A DNA stretch of 64,000 bases from NCBI RefSeq assembly GCF_000143415.4, contig NW_003314274.1, forward strand, positions 1,177,563 through 1,241,562. Direction: 5' to 3'. The notes beneath the pieces were generated by a model. The model was not told the DNA's origin and did not search any database. It saw nothing but the letters and a program-made list of their open reading frames with translations. Position numbers and translations under genes: made by a program. Source of the stretch: Selaginella moellendorffii (taxonomy: Eukaryota > Plantae > Lycopodiophyta). Below, one piece after another: positions 13,911-25,277 of this stretch; the first letter of the stretch is position 1, and each line of letters opens with the position of its first letter.

Positions 13911-15329
13911 TCCATAAATGTCAGGTTCGTTAAATTCAAAACAAGATTATAGATCCGTTGGAAGGAAGGAAAAATAATTTCTAGCCGATTATCTATAAAA
14001 TAGAGACCTGGTTAAAATAAAAACACGCCACCACATTCGGATCTCATTCGCCTTTGCTTTGTGCTCCTCTTCTACTTGGCCCATCATCCTCTAGAATGAT
14101 TATCCATTTGGAGGTAATATTCTTCTCACAAGGTCACTCAGCATTGTTTACACTCAGAAAGACATAAAGGTGGACTTCATGAAGGAATGGAGGAGTATAG
14201 AAAATTAACTCTGCAAGAGTGTTAACGAGGATTGCTCTTCTCCATTCCTGGGATCTATTTGCACCATTGGTTAATAATGCCACTTGAGGAAGAGAAAGCT
14301 TGAAAAGAACCGAGAAGAATTTTTCATTTTACTCTCTCTTTTATTTAATCAATAAGGCTGATTGATTCTGTGCAGACCTTTCCTCAACCGGTTTAATCAC
14401 CGTCTGGATACGTTGATTCTTTGATATCTACCGGATTGGAGACAGCAGCCATTTAGACAAGAGGTAGTTTGAGTTTCAAGTTCACGGGGATCAAATCAAC
14501 TTTACCTCGTTTTGTCTACTCACCAGGTATGTGGTTAGATTAAACATTCATAACTCTAGCTCTAGTTGTCGGAATTTGAATTCTGACATTCATGTTAACA
14601 GTGCTTAAATTCTCAGGAATCCCAGCCAAGGCTGTGATTTTCTTGGATCAATGGTATCCAAGGCTCCGATACGACAGTAGAATTACTGCCATGTGGGCAT
14701 AACTACTGCCACATCTCTACAACTTAAGGATGATCCACTTGTAAACAATTTGCTTGAGTTAATGCACCCGATTCATTTGACCTGGATGGAATGAGGTAGA
14801 AACTGTCACAATCTGAGAGTGAGGGACTACAGTGCTTGTGATGGGTTTTGTGATCCAATGGTAACCGCAGAAGAAGAGGAGGCATCTTTGCAAGGTACCG
14901 GACCGGCTTATTCGACTCGGAATCTTCTCGTGCCACGAGTCCACAATTTGTGGACCCACTCGCCATTAGAAAAGAATTGATTTTCAATCTTCCAGACCTT
15001 AACGGCTAATTAAAACCAGGGCTTGATAGCAATTTATTACTTTTGACAACTTATTTCCGCTCCCATCCAATGGTTGAGGATGACGGAATAAGTGACATGG
15101 CAGCTTTTTAGTTTGGACTTCCAATACTATTTAAGTCTAATAATATGTCATGTCCCAATTAACCGGCTAATATAATACTCATGTTTAATGTCAATAATCT
15201 TCTATTTCCTCTAAATGATAAGAATCATGCTTCTACACAAGCATAGAACTAAATCAGGCTATGCACATTTGATAGCAATGTAAAGGCAACATCGCTGCAA
15301 GGATTTAGTCTACAAGCATTCCTTGCTGC

Positions 15330-15470
15330 TCGTTCCCCTTGCTCAATCTCACAAGAGTTGTCCAAGCAATCTTATTGGCTGCAAAGGGGCATGCTGTGGA
15401 GCAGCTCCTCGGCTTGCTCCAGCCGCTGTGCTTGTCCCAGCAAATCTATCAAACGGTGGAACTGCTTGAT
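15330..15470 (-). pseudogene. PPR E-motif fragment
   Basis: QFHRLIDLLGQAQRLEQAEELLHSMP. Confidence 0.65.
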
Positions 15471-15499
15471 CACCAGCAAAATGCCATGAGCGCTAAATG

Positions 15500-15865
15500 T
15501 GGTATCGTGGACTGCCATGCTGTCAGCATATACCGTTGCAGGGCATCTGGACGAGCAAGAAGTATATTCAACCGTCAGCACGACCTTGTCTCGTGGACTG
15601 CCATGTTGGCAGCCTACGCTGGCATGGAACTTCTTTACTGAAAGAAATCTGGTCTCGTGGAAAGCTATTGTGCAAACATTTGCCCAAAATGGGCACTTTT
15701 AATAAGTCGGTGGAGCCGTGGGAGTCCATGCCAGACCTGCGCCCTTTCATGGACAATCATGATAGCCGCGTATGGGAATCAGGACTTGGTAGACGTAGCT
15801 AGGCGTGTTTTTGACAAAATGCCGTCCAAGGACGTTGCGGCCTGGACGTCCGTAATCACGGTTAA
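15500..15865 (+). pseudogene. PLS-class PPR fragments with frameshifts
   Basis: VSWTAMLSAYTVAGHLDE, DLVSWTAMLAAYA, ERNLVSWKAIVQTFAQNGH and SWTIMIAAYG...ARRVFDKMPSKDVAAWT lie in different frames. Confidence 0.8.
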
Positions 15866-16039
15866 TCACGCCATTCATCTGCTGGATCCGCTGGCTGGAC
15901 ACCAGTGGATTTGATGACCGCTTGAGCGGCATTGCCCGCGCTGGAAAGGAGAAAGCCCTAATACACGTGTCACAATGCCACGTGGCCGCGAGCGATCCGC
16001 GATACGTGTCCAGATTTGAAAGAAGATCCTTCCCACCCA

Positions 16040-16982
16040 CCATGGTTCCCTGGAAGATCAATAGGCTTATAGAACTCAAGAAATCTCTCATTTCGGGGCT
16101 TCCAAACGATGTCGCTCGCCACTGCCTCGCCAAGGTCCCCAGGGTGTACCACCGCAGCATGCGATCGGTGTCAACGACTTGGAGGAAGACGGTCGAGAGT
16201 GAAGATTTCCTGGCGGTAAGAAGGAAGAATGGCATTTCCGGGCTCGTTGTGATCCTCATGGAAAATGGGCACAACTCCTACTGCATTTACAATCTTCCCT
16301 CCAAATCCAAAGCGCCTCTTCCAGATCCATTGCCCACGGGGCTAGAAATCGGCGGTGCCATTCGCCACATTCAAGACCGCGGCGGTGGGCACTCTCCTCG
16401 TCGCGCTGGAATCCAGGACGAGCTCTCGCCGCTCGACTGTGGAGAACCACACCCGGATCTTCGATTCCACCGAGAACAATTGGCAGCCGACTGTCGTGCG
16501 GTCGCAGTTCGCTATGGCGACAGTGAATGGGAGCTGCGACCACGACGGTGACTTTGTCGCCGTGACCGAGTCGTACGATGTCGCGACCGACACGCCGCGG
16601 TCGACCATGCCGTACAACCTCGCGGCGCTTCTCTTCGTCGCATTGCAAGGTGTTGGTCTATGATCCTGGCAGCGATTCCTGGCACCGCGATTCCTCCGGG
16701 ATGAGCGCCATGGATCACGGAGAGCTCATCTCTACCTCCAGAGGGATTTACAGCTTGACCGCCTCGGACCGCCTCTACAAGTTCGTGGACGGGGAATGGG
16801 TTCTCGCCGGGAGCGCACACCATCCCTCTCCGGCTTTCAATGTCCACTCGCAGCGGGCATTTGGGCTCCGGGACGAGATCTTCGTTCTGCGCGGTGATGA
16901 TCTGGGAAGCAGCTCTTGCGTGATTGGAATTTGCCACGGATTGTTCCTGTGGTTTAGAGCTGGCTCCGTGGTCATGGGATAG
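16040..16982 (+). pseudogene. F-box/Kelch-repeat protein, frameshifted
   Basis: F-box LISGLPNDVARHCLAKVP...VSTTW; Kelch-like IFDSTENNW, ESYDVATD and VYDPGSDSW are split over three frames with no convincing introns. Confidence 0.75.
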
Positions 16983-16996
16983 ATCGATCCTGTTAG

Positions 16997-18826
16997 ATGA
17001 GCTTGCGGCGAATTCGGGTGCTCCGCGAGCGGTTCCACACGGCAGCGGCATCGGTGATGAGTGACAATGCCAAGTTCTTGGAGACCGATGTGGACGGATG
17101 GAAGCGAAGGTATGGAGAACTCTCGCGAGCCGTGGATGCCGTGGTCGAGCAAGCAGGGGAGATTAGCATCAACACGACAGTTTCGAGAGCTTTCGTGTCT
17201 CTTCTCAAGTGGTGCGTACAAGAGAATAATCTAGCACAAGTTCGTCGTGTGCACGACTTCGTGTCCGCGAGGCATCCCGGCTGCGCCGAAGACCAGTTCG
17301 TGGGAAACATGATACTACAGGCTTATCGGAAGCTTGGGCAGCTTGATCTAGCGTGTGCGGTATTTGCCGGCATTTGCAACAGAGATCTTTTCTCGTGGAC
17401 TATCATGATCGCAGCTTTTGCCCGGGATGGGCACTTCTCCGAGGCATTGTTGCTGTTTAGACGGATGGAGCTCGATGGAATAAAGCCATCCCCGGTGACT
17501 TGCGTGACAGTTCTTGCCTCCTTCACGGGGCCCAGGCTTCTCCCGCAAGCTAGAAAGTTTCACGCAAGGATCGAAGCTCTGGGCCTGGAATCAAACGTTA
17601 TAGTCGGGACTGCGGTGATCACAATGTATGGGAAATGTGGAAGCCTGACAGATTCCAGGCTAGTTTTCGAGAGAATGCCGCAAAAGAACCTCGTCACCTG
17701 GACGACGCTGATATCGACCTATGCCCAGCACGGCCATGGAAAAGAAGCGATGGAGATTTTCGAGAGGCTGCTCGCTCATGGAGGATTGGAACCCGACGCG
17801 GTTGCTTGCGTGAGCGCTCTCGACGCTTGCTCGAGCCTGGCATCGCTAGAGCAGGGCAGGAAAGTTCACAGGATCGTCGTCTCGAGGGGATTCGAGAGCA
17901 ACACAGTCGTGGCAAACGCTCTCGTGTTCATGTATGGGAAATGCGGGGCTGTGGAAGAATCGAGAGCAGCGTTTGACACGATCCAACACAAGAATCGCAA
18001 CTCATGGAACTGCATGCTCACGGTTTACACCCAAGGAGGCCACTTCCGCGAGGCGATGGAGCTCTTCAAAAGGATCGACGTAGAGCCGGACCACGTCACT
18101 TTTCTCTGCCTTGTTCTTGCTTGCTCTGGTGCGAAAGACCTTGCCGAAGGAATTGCCACTCACAGACTGATCGAAGAGAGCGAGGTTGCTTCGAACGAGG
18201 CCCTGTGCCACTCGCTCATGAACATGTACTCCAAGCTTGGGAGGCTAGAGAGCGTTAGGGAAATCTTCGAAAAGATGGCGAGCAAGAACGTGATCTCCTG
18301 GACGTCCCTCGTCTCGGCCCACGCCCAAGCCGGGGATCTGGAGATGACGCTGTCGCTCTTCGCGGGAATGCAGCTCGATGGCGTCGCTCCAGACAGCATC
18401 GCGTTTGTGAGCGTCTTGTCTTCGTGCAGTCACGGAGGATTGCTCGAGAGCTTCCCAGTGCTCTTGCGGTGCATGGTGGAGGACTGCGAGATCCTTCCAC
18501 GCGTGGAGCACTACGGCTGCGTTGTGGACGCTCTGGGACGGTGCGGGAAGCTTGACGAGGCGGAGAGGTTTGTGGAGGAGTTGCCGGTGAGAGTGGCAGT
18601 GCTGTGGATTGCGCTGCTAGCGGCGTGTTCCACTCACAAGGATGTGAGGCGCGCAAGGCGGGTCGCGGAGCGGGCATTTGCGCTGGAGCCTCGGCATTGG
18701 TCGACGTATGTGATGTTCGCAAACATCCTGGGCGAGGCCGGTGAGCGGGATGAAAGCGCCGCGATCAAACAGAGAATGGAGGAGTTGAAAGCTCGATCAC
18801 AAGAAAAAGGAGCACATATTTCGTAA
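16997..18826 (+). CDS. Pentatricopeptide repeat protein, PLS-E class (no DYW), 609 aa, intronless; probable organellar RNA-editing factor
   Basis: Repeated P-L-S motifs (MYGKCGSL..F..M..KNLVTW); E domain EHYGCVVDALGRCGKLDEAE...YVMFANI; N-terminus resembles a transit peptide. Confidence 0.95.
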   Translation: MSLRRIRVLRERFHTAAASVMSDNAKFLETDVDGWKRRYGELSRAVDAVVEQAGEISINTTVSRAFVSLLKWCVQENNLAQVRRVHDFVSARHPGCAEDQFVGNMILQAYRKLGQLDLACAVFAGICNRDLFSWTIMIAAFARDGHFSEALLLFRRMELDGIKPSPVTCVTVLASFTGPRLLPQARKFHARIEALGLESNVIVGTAVITMYGKCGSLTDSRLVFERMPQKNLVTWTTLISTYAQHGHGKEAMEIFERLLAHGGLEPDAVACVSALDACSSLASLEQGRKVHRIVVSRGFESNTVVANALVFMYGKCGAVEESRAAFDTIQHKNRNSWNCMLTVYTQGGHFREAMELFKRIDVEPDHVTFLCLVLACSGAKDLAEGIATHRLIEESEVASNEALCHSLMNMYSKLGRLESVREIFEKMASKNVISWTSLVSAHAQAGDLEMTLSLFAGMQLDGVAPDSIAFVSVLSSCSHGGLLESFPVLLRCMVEDCEILPRVEHYGCVVDALGRCGKLDEAERFVEELPVRVAVLWIALLAACSTHKDVRRARRVAERAFALEPRHWSTYVMFANILGEAGERDESAAIKQRMEELKARSQEKGAHIS

Positions 18827-18944
18827 TTCACATGATCTTGGCGCTCGTGAGATGGTGCGGAAGAGCCTCATTCGTTTGAAAACAAGTGACCTTCTTCCCA
18901 GAGAGATCAGCAAGACCAATTGATGGATAGTTGAGGTGGGTTGC

Positions 18945-19015
18945 TTGAACCATCTCCAAGACCATTTGATTACGGAGGTGGACATGTTAATCCCAATGCT
19001 GCAGCTCATTCAGGA
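18945..19015 (+). pseudogene. Subtilisin-like protease (SBT) fragment
   Basis: PRPFDYGGGHVNPNAAAHSG resembles the plant subtilase PFDYGAGHVNP motif; isolated scrap. Confidence 0.6.
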
Positions 19016-22000
19016 TCTAACATGTCAAACTACGTTGGACTTGTGTCTGGGCTAGTTTCTGGACGGAAAGCTGTGCTCAAAGCATATCAGTCGCTCTGCC
19101 ATGACGGCTTCCATTTTGACAACAAGAGCCTGTAAACTATTTGATCCAAGAATGCAAGATTTCATAGTCAGTTGTAACCAAGGAAGATTTGATAGCTGCA
19201 AGACTCCTCTCAAGATGGTATGCTTTCAACAATGCAAGCTTTGGAACCTATGGAATGCTGCAGCTGTAATAAATGGGAACCACATCAGGTTATATAAGGA
19301 TTCCTAATTGTAGCAAATCCTTACCTAAGGATTTGTGAGATGAGTAGCCTATCTTGGTGGTTTTTGTCTTTAAAGTCGAGCTGAACTATGCCTTTTGTCA
19401 CTATGTGTGTGATTTGTAAAAAATGTAATAAATTTCCATGCATACATGCTAAAAGTGAATTTTCTCTTGCCAAAGAATATTCTAGAGTATTTTTACATTT
19501 CTGCGCACCACTATTCTGATGGTATATGATACTTGTATATAATGAACTAATTGATGGGCCATACAAGTTGCCATGCCATCATACTACCACTAGTTATAGA
19601 TAATGTTTTCTCTATCAAAACTTGGTAAGAATGCTTTTCACATTGATATAATTGTATTTGTTATGTCCTCCATTATTGTGGGTTATTAGTTAACTTGTCT
19701 TTGTGGTAGATACCAAGCTGCAAGAAACTCATTGATAGGAAATTGTAGAAAACTATTATATAAGGTCTTCTCATGGCAATGTTTATTTCAATCCTCCTTC
19801 AAGCAATGAAGGTGGCACCAATAGACATGCCATAGCAATTCTAGGTAACCTAGAATTGCTATGGTGGTTTGATTTTATGCAAGAGATGGAAACTAAAAGT
19901 TTTTATACTTTTACCATCTAAGATCTTCTCCAAGTTAGATAATGAACTTGCTACTATGATTTTATTTTATTGCATGCTACATAGTTCTAGTATAGCATAG
20001 TATTCAGAAGTAAGTCATTTAAATCTTTTAGAAGATTGGCGAAACTCTACAAAAGCAAGGTTATAGAAAGATTTATGAGCCTTTATTCTTTAGCAAATGG
20101 ACTTATGTATGTATAACATTACTAAACATGGCTTTGCTTGGGACATTGAAAAATGTGAAAGAGACCTCTATTCATAGAAGATGGAGTAAGAAAGATTGAA
20201 TAGTTTGAATTTAAAATAGACTATTGCAAACTTGGGTATAGGGTTTGTGTTGTTTGTGCTAGATAATGGGCCAAAATAATTCATTGTATGCAATGCAATG
20301 CAGCAGGTGAATTGGTCTATTTCAAGATTGGCAGATCATGCATGAGCAGGTAAGTTATTATACCATTTTTGAGGTACAATTTGTCTCTACCTATTTCTGT
20401 TGCTTGCCTTGGCTAGGTTCAAGGCTTCCCTGTTGGTGAAGCTTGCTGGAAAGGGTTTTGAAATGAATATGATGCCCAAATGTGGATGGAACAAAGATTA
20501 AGGCTTATGGTTTGGAAGATATGCCCCCTCGACAACCCATCTACATAGGAACCAATATTATCCTGTCCTCGATGTGAAAGTGACCAAAAGATTGGCATAA
20601 GCTTTGCTGCTTTGATGGAAGTTAGAATGAGCAGCAATGCTAGCTCAAAGCTCAGAATTCAGCAAGTTAGAGTTGGAATATGGACTGGGCAATGCTTGTG
20701 CTAGTGGTGAGTTCTTCCTTTGATGGTCTTTCAAAGATCCAACTTCTACTGGCAAAGACTCTGTTGCAGTGTCTTTGGCGATGCTGAAGTTGGTGGAAGC
20801 TTTATCATACAAGAGATTTTAATAGCTTACTTTAAAGATCTCTTTGATCTATTACTTTTGGTTATCACTAAAATGTGTGTCAAATTGCAAGCACTTCATG
20901 AATTTGTTGAGGTCAAATCATGGTCTGGGCATGAAACACCTACAATAGTGCATCAATTCTAATACATTGCAGCACTTCCAGCAAAACTCCACTCTTATGC
21001 AAATACTGTCTTACTCCATTATCATAGAATGGGCAAAGCTTGCTCATAGCCACTCCCCGCTGAGTGTGGCTCATTAAAAAGCACTCACCATACCACAATT
21101 GTGATAATGGTCTAGACTGCCTTTGGATAATAGTCCTTGCCAATGTTGAGGAGTCGTGGTTCCAGCAGAGCATTGTTATTTTCTAGTGTGTACTCAATTG
21201 TCTTGTCTCGCTCCATTGAATCTGTAATGTTACTTACCCTCCTCAAGACATCCAATCTATTTCAAAGGTTGATACTTGAAAGTCCACTAAGTCTTTGATC
21301 ATCTGGACTCGGAACCTTGCCAACTACTAAAATTGAAATTGCGCATGCTTTGGAGACTTGTGCCTTGCACTCGAACACAAGAAACAGTAGCCACCCGATG
21401 AACATGGCTTGGAGGAAAATAAACATCATTAGATATTCATGCAAATGAGTGGAATATTTATTTACCATATCCTTATCTCTTTGCTGGAGGTTTTATAGCT
21501 ATGACAACTTCCTTGGATGCCAATAAGAACCACCATCACCAACTATGAATAATCCCTTAGATTGTGAAATATATTGGCAAATGTGATAAGTATCATAATG
21601 CATTGACTTATATTTTGTGGGTTTATTAGATGGCTTGCATAATTGGCTTTGCCCAGGGCCACTGTGATGGGAAAAGTTTTAGCCAAAAATGCCATACTCA
21701 AAGTCAAGGTATGCATATATATAAAGTATGTACATACAAAACCATCCCCTCTATTCTACAACCACCTTTTCTTTATGACCTAATATTTGAAGTCAAAGTA
21801 AAAAAAAGTCAAACCAAATCCTTTTATAACTACTCTCTCCTTTTTATATCTTATATTTATCTTATTACCCATCTACCTTACTCTATCACAAACTTTATCT
21901 TCCACCATCTTTATAAAATTATTTGTTATATAACTTTTATATCCCTCCAACCTTAATATTTCTGCCACCATTTAAAAATAATTTCTTGTGTAATCTATGC

Positions 22001-22529
22001 ATTCAATTTAAATCTACCATCTTTAATACACCAATATTTTATAATATCAACAACAATACATAAAATATGATCTAAGGACTATATAAGAAGGAACCCTATA
22101 CAACACAAGACATTAGAGCATAGAGTGTGAAGTGATTCTAACATAAATTTTCTCTTTTAGTTTTGCAATATTTTTTCTTTAAGTTTTACTTGAAAAATAT
22201 AAAAATTAGAAGCTCGTGGAAATTCCTCTCATTTTTCTTTCTCTCAAGGCACAAAGCATGCAGAGATGGTGCACTATTAACCACCAACTTCAAACACAAT
22301 GACTTCATGATAATGTAGAAAGAGGTTAAAGAATTAATGGGTTGGTTACTGGGTTAGTTAGGTTAATGGGTTAGTTAAGAATTATGGGATAATACTTAGT
22401 TGTAATTGGCAATGTGGCAAGTGAACTTTGACAGAACATTCAACTTGAAGAAAAAAGTAGCTAGCATTAGAGTCGTTATCACTTATATAAAAAGCAATAA
22501 AACACACATTGAAGAAGTTGTTGCATTTG

Positions 22530-22689
22530 CAATCAAGTTAAGTATGTTGTTTTGATTAGAGGATTGAAAGAAGCAAAAGTATTGAGAGCTAAAGACATAG
22601 TTGCTATAAGAGATTCTAAATTGATTGTGAATCAAATGAATGGAAGTTGAAATGTCAAGAATCAAAGTTTAACACTTCTATCAAAAGAT
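22530..22689 (+). mobile_element. Archaeal-type RNase H fragment typical of Tat-lineage gypsy elements
   Basis: GLKEAKVLRAKDIVAIRDSKLIVNQMNGS*NVKNQ resembles GL..A...G...L...GDSQLVVNQV.G.W.VK. Confidence 0.6.
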
Positions 22690-22818
22690 TATAAGCCATA
22701 AATTTTCCCTTTCCCATTTGCGAGCTTACCTCATCTAACTGACTACCATAGCTTTGGCTTTAGTTAAGTTCCCTCGCTAAAGTTCCAACCTATTATACCA
22801 ATTTCTACTTGGTCTTAT

Positions 22819-23977
22819 TGTAAGCCACAAATTTTTCCTTTCCAATTTGCCAGCTTACCTCGTCTATCCGACCAACTCTGCCTTGGCTTGTGCTAAGTTC
22901 CCTCGCTAAGGTTCTCGCCTATGGTACCAGCTCTTACTTGGTCCTACTTGGTTTCAGCTACTCACTACACGAGCAATGGAGTGTTAGCCATCCATTTACG
23001 GATTCCCCAAATCTCTCCCAATCCCCCTCCCCGGGTTAGACTGGACTTAAGGTTCGGCTACACTCCCCGTAGGCACAAGCAGCCAAGCACACTAAGCCTC
23101 CAGATTCCTAACACCCCTTGGTACCACAAGACTTGATCATGGGACCCTCTAAATCCCAAGCCTTGGGTGCAGCACTTGCTTCGGGACGTCGGGGCGAAAC
23201 ACCGTGGCCTAACGGCCCGGTATGGGTACCTCTACCCCCCCACTCCCATCCCGAAAGGAAGGCCCAAGCCCCTAGGAAGGGCGAGGACCAATGAGCCACA
23301 AGGTACTCAAGTGGGGCACCACTCCACATGAGCTGGGAGCACCGCAATCGGTTTCCCTTTCGGGAGTGGGAGCTGCTCTTGAGCACTTCCCTGGGTGGCC
23401 CCTCTGGCACCACTCAAGCCCATGCTCACTCCCACCCAAGGCCCCTCGGCCCCAGTCTCAACCTCAAGTCAGTTTGGAAGCACCACTGGAGAGTTCCTTC
23501 AAGACTGGTTCCTGGACCTCACTATCCCTACTATACTTTTGGAACCCCTTGCAGCCCCCCCCCCCCCGGGAGACACACGCTTTGGGCTTTCACCCCTTGA
23601 GCTGTATTAGTATGTGGACTTAATCTCAGAATCGATCTCGGACTCGATCTCGGACCCGACTTCGGATTCGGTCTCGGACTTGATCTCGGACTCGATCTCG
23701 GACCCGATCTTGGACTCGACTTCAGACTCGACCTCAGACTCGGTCTCGGACCCGATTTGGATCTCGGACTCCATCTCGAACTCAGTCTCGAACTCGGTCT
23801 CGATCTCGGTCTCCGATTCGGCCTCGGCTCGATCCCGGACTCTATCTCGAACTCGGTCTCAGAGTCGGTCTTGGACTCGATCTTCGACTCGGTCCCATTC
23901 GATGAACTCTTTGTCATTTCGGTCAAGCTTTCGGGGATCCTTTAGCCTATGACATCTCGGGGAGTCGGTTCCTTACA
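22819..23977 (-). repeat. 3' LTR (1159 bp)
   Basis: Highly similar to 29172-30334; TG...CA termini. Confidence 0.95.
23630..23895. repeat. CpG-rich 6/12-bp tandem repeat (TCGGAC/TCGATC) in the LTR; second copy at ~29995-30250
   Basis: Visible degenerate (gatctcggactc)n array in both LTRs; it generates the spurious SR/SD ORFs. Confidence 0.9.
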
Positions 23978-24762
23978 ACTCCACCACCCATAGAAGAAGT
24001 TCGATGCCCACATCGAACGTCTCTTTTTATCCTATGACTTGTTGACCATGTCTCCGGGGGCATCCCCCCACTTAGCGGTGTGCCTAAGTTAGCCTCCCCG
24101 GCCAAGAGCCCATGACAACGGAATATAGGTGTCCCTATACCCCTCACCTCACCACGCCCTAGTATGGGGTCGGGACTTGAACCTAGCCTTGCTTTACTAG
24201 GGGGTTGGGACTCGAACCCAACCTTCGTAGAATACGTTTATGGATTCGACATCCCCACGGGGAGTCAGGCGTAGTGCCCTACGCCTGGTCGACCTATCCA
24301 ACCCATGCTAATTAGCTTACCTTCGGTGCGCCTTTGGGTCCCAACATATGCCACTTGCTCAACTTTGCAAATTGATATTTTTAATTGAACTTTGCATAAG
24401 TACATAGAGTTCTGCCTTGCAGAAATTCCTCCACTAGATCTTGTGCGTTCGCTAGGTTCACCTCCGGTTCCCATGTTGCTTCGCAATGTGGAAATCCTTT
24501 CCACTTCACATGGAACTCTCTCACCTCGCGTCCTTGTCGCTTGCTCTTGCGCGCATTGAGGATGGCCTTGACTTCGTATTCCTCTTCCCCTTGGATAACC
24601 TCAAGTAAAGGTCTCACTTGGTCCTTGCGAAGCGGATCCTCAAAGTACGGCTTGAGTAAGTTCACATGAAACACTGGGTGCATCTTCCCCATCTCTCGAG
24701 GAAGTCGGAGTTGGTAAGCCACTTTACCGATTCGTGCCTCAATCTCGTAAGGCCCCGTGAAC

Positions 24763-24814
24763 CTGCTTAAGGAACTCAAGATCAATTCATTTACAGGAAT
24801 ACATGCATTTTTAC
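24763..24814 (-). other. Predicted spliceosomal intron (52 nt) in the integrase GPY/F motif
   Basis: AG|GTAAAA...TAAGCAG|GT; removal gives RKLTQR-FTGPYEI. Confidence 0.8.
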
Positions 24815-25230
24815 CTTTGGGTCAACTTTCGGCTGATCCCACTTGGTAGCCTGAGGTTTGGTGTTCAGCCACACCTTCTCCCCAGCTTGGAACTCTACGT
24901 CCCGACGCTTTTGGTTCGCATACTTGGTTTGCCTTTGTTGAGCTCGTTCCAAGGAATCCCTCACTAGATTCCAGATGTTGAGTCTTTCCACCGTGAATGC
25001 CTCCACTGCGGGTAACTCTCCATGATACTCGGCCACGCCGAGTTCCACAGGACTTTCAATAACTCGCCCATTGATGACTTCCCATGGACTCACCCCGATA
25101 CTCGAATGTGGTGAGTTGTTATAACACATTTCCGCAAGTCCCAAATGACTTACCCAATCGGTCTAGTCTCCCGAGACATAGCATCGCAAATAATCCTCCA
25201 GCTGCCTATTCACCCTTTCCATTTGTTCGT

Positions 25231-25277
25231 CTGTCAAGAAGTGTTAGTGCCATCCAACTTGACTTAATACCCCATAC
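25231..25277 (-). other. Predicted spliceosomal intron (47 nt) in the integrase core
   Basis: CAG|GTATGG...CACTAAC...TTGACAG|; removal gives AYHPQTDEQMERVNRQLEDYLR. Confidence 0.85.

Noticed and set aside
14080-14987. Spliced minus-strand gene
   Set aside because: It has some exon-like segments, but every frame has stops and no family is recognisable.
19700-21550. Decayed hAT-like transposase
   Set aside because: Only faint motif echoes (e.g. LHSNTRN); no TIR/TSD or continuous frame could be established by eye.
23531-23952. SR-rich or SD-rich protein ORFs (also 29852-30302)
   Set aside because: They are artefacts of the hexamer tandem repeat within the LTRs.
22819-23977. Hammerhead ribozyme (retrozyme) in the LTR
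   Set aside because: A GAAA hairpin is present, but I found no CUGANGA core in a suitable position.
24168-24223. tRNA gene
   Set aside because: T-arm-like hairpins only; no D arm, anticodon arm or acceptor stem found.
24360-24405. Third intron after the chromodomain
   Set aside because: It is an AT-rich ~40-nt patch with weak splice signals and a tgcaaagtt direct repeat; there is no conserved motif to test restoration.
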